Of a DNA stretch of 64,000 bases, positions 55,708-64,000 are shown piece by piece. A program made the position numbers and the translations under genes. The number at the start of each line of letters is the position of its first letter. Position 1 is the stretch's first letter. The notes under the pieces are model-generated. The model did no database searches. It saw only the letters and a program-made list of their open reading frames with translations, and was not told the origin of the DNA. Source of the DNA: Octopus vulgaris (lineage: Eukaryota); assembly GCA_951406725.2 (NCBI GenBank), contig OX597835.1, positions 33,418,001-33,482,000 of the forward strand, given 5' to 3'.

Positions 55708-55852
55708 CTTCGTGCAATGGCCATACTCAATAACGAATATGGGAGAAAGTGCTAATATATGATCTAAGTTATATGATGTATAAAAACATGTAATATACAA
55801 ATAAATATCTGTAGATATAAAACCATCCGAATTTCTGAATACCTCATTTCCC

Positions 55853-55906
<54 letters not shown>

Positions 55907-55911
<5 letters not shown>

Positions 55912-56708
55912 AAATGGAAAGATGAATTATCTTGTTACGGATTATTCAAAAGTTTAACCGATACCTGGGTAGCAAAAATCACAGCAGAAAAACACGGTTG
56001 GAGTTATGACCATAGGGTGTTGCAACCGTGCGTTGGCGCGGATAATTGAAGTTTAATATAATTAGTGAATGGAAGAAATGGAGCTGAACGAAGATTCAGA
56101 ATTTGGAAATTTGTGGCCTTTGAAACATGTGTAGAATGTAATAAAAGGAATTCGGTAGAATCTTCGTTCAGCTCCATTTCTTCCATTCACTAATTATATA
56201 TAAATATATATATACATACACACATACAAATAGAATGTACGTAATATATATGTTAAGCAAAATCCCTGCAGACTACGATAGTCTATATAATATGCTATTA
56301 TTCTTTTAGTTATTTATTTGTGACAGTCATTTGCCTGCGGCCATGTTGGAGCACCTCTTTCAGAATATAAATAGAATACGTATTTTTTTTTTTTTGTGCA
56401 GAGTGTTACTGTACAGCGATCCAGTGGTTGAGTATCTTTGCTATATACTATTCATACTGGAACAAAATGCCATCAACATAACATATACACGCTCAGTATT
56501 GACCTTATGTCATATAAGACGATGAAAAAAAACGCTCTGTCTAGTAAAGTCATCTACTTGAAATAGTAGCCAAATATGGCACTGAACAACTATATATGAG
56601 AGAGATTTTCTTTAAGTATTAGAAATAGCTTTTAAAAAAGTATAATGAGTTCAGTATGCGGCAAAGTAATTTATTTTACTAAGCCCTTTTATATATATAT
56701 ATATTCGT

Positions 56709-56767
<59 letters not shown>

Positions 56768-57444
56768 AAATGGAAAGATGAATTATCTTGTTACGGATTA
56801 TTCAAAAGTTTAACCGATACCTGGGTAGCAAAAATCACAGCAGAAAAACACGGTTGGAGTTATGACCATAGGGTGTTGCAACCGTGCGTTGGCGCGGATA
56901 ATTGAAGTTTAATATAATTAGTGAATGGAAGAAATGGAGCTGAACGAAGATTCAGAATTTGGAAATTTGTGGCCTTTGAAACATGTGTAGAATGTAAATA
57001 AAAGGAATTCGGTAGAATCTTCGTTCAGCTCCATTTCTTCCATTCACTAATTATATATAAATATATATATACATACACACATACAAATAGAATGTACGTA
57101 ATATATATGTTAAGCAAAATCCCTGCAGACTACGATAGTCTATATAATATGCTATTATTCTTTTAGTTATTTATTTGTGACAGTCATTTGCCTGCGGCCA
57201 TGTTGGAGCACCTCTTTCAGAATATAAATAGAATACGTATTTTTTTTTTTTTTTTTTTGTGCAGAGTGTTACTGTACAGCGATCCAGTGGTTGAGTATCT
57301 TTGCTATATACTATTCATACTGGAACAAAATGCCATCAACATAACATATACACGCTCAGTATTGACCTTATGTCATATAAGACGATGAAAAAAAATGCTC
57401 TGTCTAGTAAAGTCATCTACTTGAAATAGTAGCCAAATATGGCA
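55907..57444. repeat. Near-identical tandem duplication (about 675-bp block, period about 856)
   Basis: 55907-56581 is repeated at 56763-57444. Differences are mainly homopolymer lengths. Confidence 0.95.
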
Positions 57445-57777
57445 GACAACTTCACCGGCGTGGTTTCGTTAGAAAATACAATAATCACATCGATATCGTT
57501 GAATAGGAATTTACATGACAGTCTCTCTTATATATTGGTTGTTATTTTCGTGGCTGTAAATATAATTATAAAGACATTTATCTCTATTTTCAAATACTGA
57601 GTGTACCTTTATCGTCTTATGACACTTCTTCAATCGTCTCTCTCTCTCTCTCACTCTTTCTCTTTCTCTCTTTCTCTCTCTCACTCACCCTTTCTCTCTG
57701 CCTTTCTCACTCTTTACTTCCGTCTTTCTTTGTACCTGTCTCTCTTTTTCTCTAAGTATGTATATGTGTGTGTGTTT

Positions 57778-57906
<129 letters not shown>

Positions 57907-58066
57907 TAGAAAATGGGACAAGAACGCAAAACATCCGGACAGTTAGGTGATACAAACGTGAGACAACAAAATATCCAGATAGACGATACAAAGAAACCAA
58001 GGACGAGTCATTCGAAGTTTTCTTTCAGTCAAGGACAAGATTATCTCCGCAATTTCGGCTGAGTAT

Positions 58067-58165
<99 letters not shown>

Positions 58166-58397
58166 TTTGAGGGAATATTATTCCTAACTTACAAGGAACG
58201 ATTCAATTTAGAAATACTAAATCGAATTTCACAAAATATAATATATATATAAAAATTAGAAAAAAAACACATTTTATCAATTCAAAATGAACAATTAAAT
58301 TACACCATCTAGAAAATTAATCGTCGGTAAATTATTGCTATTTTATTTTTTATATTTCTATTATATGTAATTTTCTTGTTCATTGTGTTTTTTTCTA

Positions 58398-58492
<95 letters not shown>

Positions 58493-58661
58493 TATGTATC
58501 AAATAGCTAACTTGAGGCGATGGCCTCATGGAGCTAATAAGCGGTCAGCTTTATTCTTATTTTTATAAGAATGCCATATTAGTATGGCGATAACTAATAT
58601 TTTCCGGGAACGCTGCCGTTGTTCTCTTTTAGAGACTTAGTAATTTTAATATTTCTATTAT

Positions 58662-58741
<80 letters not shown>

Positions 58742-58879
58742 AGCAAAGTAGTAAGTTAGAAACTATCTATAAGAGATTAAATTAGTAACCATATGTGGTT
58801 GATCCATTGAAATCGACGTTACTACTGTTTTTAACCTCAGGAGCATCCTCTTTCATCTAGTTATCGATGCAATCAGTTC

Positions 58880-58968
<89 letters not shown>

Positions 58969-59176
58969 CAAGCAGGGGAGGGAACGCCTACCATCTTCTT
59001 GCAGACCACAGGTTCCCAGATCATACAGATTCGGACAATTAGTGCCCACTATCGTTGGTCAACCCCCGTCCGCTCAAGCTCGTAACATATCTTGCAACAA
59101 GCAAAGTAACACACAAGAACATTTTTATAAGAGATGAAAGTAGAAAGTATACTGCGAATATGGAGAAGTGTGTGTC

Positions 59177-59215
<39 letters not shown>

Positions 59216-59882
59216 CATATATACATACATATATATTTATATATGTATGCATGTATATATGCATATATATATATATCAATTACGTATATATTTGGTATAT
59301 ACATACATACATACATATATGTATGTATTTATGTATATAAACATACACAGATATTCATACACGCGTATATACACATCCACATGTGTGTACATATATATGT
59401 ATGTGTTCGTGTTTATATACACGAGTATACGTCTATATATCTATATTTGTGCATGGGGCGGTGAGGTCAAAGAACGTGTATTTGTGGATGTGCAGCACTT
59501 TATCTTCTTTGCAACGAGTTCATTTCACAGAGAAATTCTACCAGAAACTTAATGCGTTCATCTCAAAATTTTTCCAATTTTCTTTTTGTAATTATTTTTA
59601 TTATGGTCTCGTATTTGCTAATAGGTTTTGAGAAAACATGAACAAATACTGATGAGAGATCATACGAACACAACAGATGTATTATGTATGATGAGCAAAT
59701 GTTTCCTTTAACTGGTACACTTTTAACTTTGCTCGTGTAGAAATTGTCAACTTATTGAACATAAAATCGCTTTATTGTATCTACTGGAAGTATTGATCAG
59801 GTACGAACACCAATAGTTAAATGTACGGAGGAAACTTTAACGTAATGTCTAATAGACAAGGGATTATTATAATCATTTTTAA

Positions 59883-59918
<36 letters not shown>

Positions 59919-59938
59919 CATCATCATTATTATTATTA

Positions 59939-60007
<69 letters not shown>

Positions 60008-60012
60008 CATCA

Positions 60013-60058
<46 letters not shown>

Positions 60059-60327
60059 TTAAGGCGGCGAGCTGGCGGAAAGGTTAGCACGCCGGGCGAA
60101 ATGCCTAGGGTATTTTGTCTGCCGTTACGTTCTGTGTCGCAACATCTGATGTGTAGCAACATCTGACAGCCTGGCTGGTCACGGTGATCACAGTGATATA
60201 TATATATATATATATATATATTCATTCCGAATACCTTAGCAATGACACACATGCAAACATATATACATACATTCAATTAGGTATTTATTTTCTGTGCGTA
60301 TATGTGTGTTGTCTATATGTATGATAT

Positions 60328-60718
60328 ACTCTTTACTCTTTTACTTGTTTCAGTCAAATGACTGTGGCCATGCTGGAGCACCGACTTTAATCGAGCAGCT
60401 CGACCCCGTGACTTATTCTTTGTAGGCCCAGTACTTATTTTATCGGCCTCCTTTGCCGAACCGCTAAGTGGCGGGGACATAAACACACCAGCATCGCTAG
60501 GGGGACAAACACAGACGCACAAACATACACGCACACCTATATATATACATATATACGACGGGTTTCTTTCAATTTCCGTCTACCAAATCCACTCACAAGG
60601 CTTTGGTCGGCCCGAGGCTATAGTAGAAGACACTTGTCCAAGGTGCCACGCAGTGGGACTGAACCCGGAACCATGTGATTGGTAGACAAGCTACTTACCA
60701 CACAGTCACTCCTGCGCC
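60328..60718 (-). mobile_element. Full-length SINE family A
   Basis: Reverse complement of 4481-4890. Confidence 0.93.
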
Positions 60719-60726
60719 TATATATG

Positions 60727-60761
<35 letters not shown>

Positions 60762-61287
60762 ATATATATGTACATTCATTGTCATTAATCGTAGCTGTTC
60801 ACTTTGTCGCCGTTTCTTTGCAAGGCCGTTCCCCTCAACCGTTAAATTCTGATTTCTGTAATTATTATCTAAGTCGTGTCTGCTGACAAGGTGAGTGAAA
60901 TATGTAAACTCTAAAAGAGCTAACAAGCTAAGTAGACGACGGCTTATAATGTCGAATAACTAAAGAGATTGTTGAACAACTGACTAACATAACAGTCGCA
61001 TTTATGCAATAAGCCTTTTGATGTAAGAGTATTTATTGACCTGACTATTTATTGGTGTAACGGTAATCTGTGTAATGTCTGTGAAATATAAAGCTTATTA
61101 GTTTACACTTACTCTTCACGTTACTGTGATTGCTGGAGATTGTGTCACCTCCTCACTCATCATGTCATGTACGTAGAAGCACATCCGTTATTACTCTTCG
61201 TGTTTCATCTGTAATTAGAGAAGCTACTGCGAGGATAAATACATCATTTACTTAACTGGAAATATAGCAGTCTACGAATACTACTGC

Positions 61288-61332
<45 letters not shown>

Positions 61333-61527
61333 TGAAGATGATGATGATATCATCGTAATATTAACTGTTTGTTTTATTTTGTGGCAGTAATTTCTCTTAC
61401 TAATTAGCCTAACACATTTCGTTCACAGAATTATTTCCCTTTGACTTCCCGCATTAATTACTATACAGAGCACAATGGCATTTGTTTAATTGCAATATGG
61501 TGCTGTGTGAATAGCAATGCTAATAAT

Positions 61528-61740
61528 TATTTCAAATTTTTGCCACACGGACAACTTGGAAGAAGTGAGGATGAGTCGATTACATCGACCCCAGTGCTCA
61601 ACTGATATTTATTTTATCGACCCCGAAAGGATGAATAGTAAAGTCGACCTCGGTGGAATTTGAACTCAGAACGTAATGACAAGCGACATAACGCTAAGCA
61701 TTTCGCCCAGTGTGCTAACGATTCTGCCAGCTCGTCGCTC
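61528..61740 (-). mobile_element. SINE family B, alternative tail
   Basis: Family B head and core; the tail ends ...gtggcaaaaatttgaaataatta. Confidence 0.85.
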
Positions 61741-62420
61741 GAATACTATTAATAATAATCATAGTAAGAATGTCATATTAATTTTCCTATTGTTTTTTTT
61801 ACCATAGTTTATATTACTGATTAGCTTAAGGATTATATCCCTTTCACTTCCTGTGTTATTTACTGCAGTTATGGTACATTCAGTGTTAATGAGAACAATT
61901 TCTATCAGGTTCATTAATATATCCCCTTATGCAATTTGTTTTGCACTTCAAATATCGCATGTGTCTTGATTTATTATTGTTGCAGTGAACATATTACAAT
62001 ATCACATGTTCCATTCCCTCATGTGATAGTTCAAGTGCTGAATCATAGAGAATTTGCTTTGTGTTTAAAGACAAGCAAATTTATGAACTTCTTTGCTAAG
62101 CAAACTCGCCCTGAAAATATTAAGCCTATATGCAAGAAATCCGTTTCACTCTCTCTATTCTCTATTGCTGAACAAAAAACGACCTGGTATGAAAAAGAAC
62201 TCGGGGATCCTTTTTCAACTGTAAACTATTTCCTCTCTCAGAAGCGTTAACTCCACAAAGTCTTGAATTTATCGATATTTATTTGCCACGTGTTATGCCA
62301 TACTGATGATTTCAAATAAGGATGAAATAGCACTAGAAATAGCTACCAACGACTAGGAATTTTAAGATCTTTATAATGTGTATAAAAATATTTCATATGT
62401 ATATCCTGTATGTGTTCATT

Positions 62421-62575
62421 CAGGCGTAAGCGTGGCTGTGGGATTGAACCGGGAGCCATAGGGTTCTGGGTTCAGTCCCATTGAGTGGAAACTTGGGCAA
62501 GTGTTTTCTTGTGTACGTCGGGCCCATCAAAGACTTGTGAATGGATTTCGTAGAGGGAAAGTGAAAGAAACCCGT

Positions 62576-62640
<65 letters not shown>

Positions 62641-62760
62641 ATGTGTGTGTATTTGTGTGTCCCACCGCTTGACAACCAGTTTTGGTTTGTTTACGTCCCC
62701 GTTACTTAGCGGTTCGGGGAAAAAATCCCGATAGAATAAGTACCAGGTTCAAAAAGTAAG
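62421..62760 (+). mobile_element. SINE family A, 3'-truncated
   Basis: Head, (TG)n and core up to gatagaataagtaccagg. Confidence 0.85.
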
Positions 62761-63501
62761 TATGTTGTTCGGAAGCGTCAAAAAGACAGTAGAATTGATA
62801 CGAAGGGCAGCCTCTCATGGACACAAGACCACTACATCACACCACAGTTTGACGGATATGCATTTGCATCTCGGAACAGGTGATTGCCACAAAGTACCTG
62901 GTGAACAAGAGAGATAATGACGCACTTGTAATCCCTAGGTGCAACCGCTTGTGTAGGTTATATCATGTTTCTGTGGATGACATCACGCATGTGATTAGCA
63001 ACTCTCCTAAAATGTCGTCACGGTACTACCTCCCTATGCGACACAATGTTGTTGCTTAAACAATTTAAAATGCCATCCGTAAAAAGTCTACCCTTAAATA
63101 TAATCCCTCTGTTATGGAATACATTCGTAAACACCAACTCAAAGAATACTGGTGGAATATTCCTTTCAAAACGTCTGTCAAATATAAGCATAACAGCCCA
63201 GATATTGTTGTTGGGGATAGAGGGGCAAAGGTATGTACCATCATAGAGGTCAGCTGCGCTGCAGATATAAATATCTCTGGAAATCAAAGAAAAATGGGAT
63301 ATCTATGGACAACTACTTCGAAACCTCCAGCGTCTATATCCAGATTATGAATCCATATTCATACCAACAATAATTGGAGTACTACATACATACACACATC
63401 CATCCATCCATTCATCCATCCATCCCTCCATCCATCCATCCATCCATCCATACATACATACATACATACATACATACATACATACATACAACATACATAC
63501 A

Positions 63502-63533
<32 letters not shown>

Positions 63534-64000
63534 CACATACATATGGATATGTAACACAGTTTAAATATCAATCTTGAGCAATTAGGCTTCTCAAAACCAG
63601 AAAAAGAAATCTGATTCAAAGACTACAGATCCAAGCCATCACTGGAACTATAAAACTCTGTTAAACTTAGCAGAAGTTTATCATTTAAGTATATATGTGC
63701 ATGTCTAGACATGCAGCTATATGCATGAAGATACATACATAAAACAAAGCATGCAAATTTACACATATACATACATATATACATACATACATACACATAC
63801 ATACATACATACATACATATACATACATACATACATACATATATATATACATACATATACATAGATACATATATAAATACATACAAAAATGCCCTGTTGT
63901 TGATGTTTGAATTCCAATGAAGGAACCTTGGATCTAGGTTAGAAACCGGTTCATTCTCTATTGGCAAGAAATCTTGAAATAAACTGAATAATGACATACA
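62760..64000 (+). mobile_element. R4/Dong-like LINE 3' part (zinc knuckle + RLE + 3' UTR)
   Basis: RLCRL..DDITHVISNSPKMSSRYYLPMRHNVVA and YWWNIP..HNSPDIVV..IIEVSCAAD. 3' UTR matches 7020-7250. Confidence 0.88.

Noticed and set aside
60820-60896. Acceptor plus strong AAG|GTGAGT donor
   Set aside because: Stops occur in all frames and there is no other support.

Overview
AT-rich, microsatellite-saturated, largely non-genic eukaryotic DNA. The SINE repertoire and simple-repeat load suggest an octopus/cephalopod genome (inference). Almost all ORF-track entries are translations of (TA)n, (TG)n, (TACA)n and (GATA)n repeats, and no intact host gene could be supported. The window holds: a near full-length, decayed L1/Tx1-type LINE (16383-21480, minus) sitting in a (GATA)n tract; two R4/Dong-like RLE-LINE relics with (TACA)n tails; CR1 and RTE fragments; six mariner relics; one Tc1 relic; a hATm-like relic; a non-autonomous Helitron; and three tRNA-type SINE families. 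Most interesting observations: (1) several short, unrelated, (TA)n-embedded elements carry minimal hammerhead-ribozyme motifs of the Penelope/retrozyme type, and three are fold-back palindromes joined next to the ribozyme core, two of these having a CCGANGA (U4C) core; (2) two SINE-LINE tail partnerships are visible within the window, including an unusual one with a Tx1-type LINE; (3) a multi-template patchwork insertion copied from neighbouring DNA; (4) an RFX X-box pair beside a candidate first exon. Coordinates were read by eye and may be off by a few bases.
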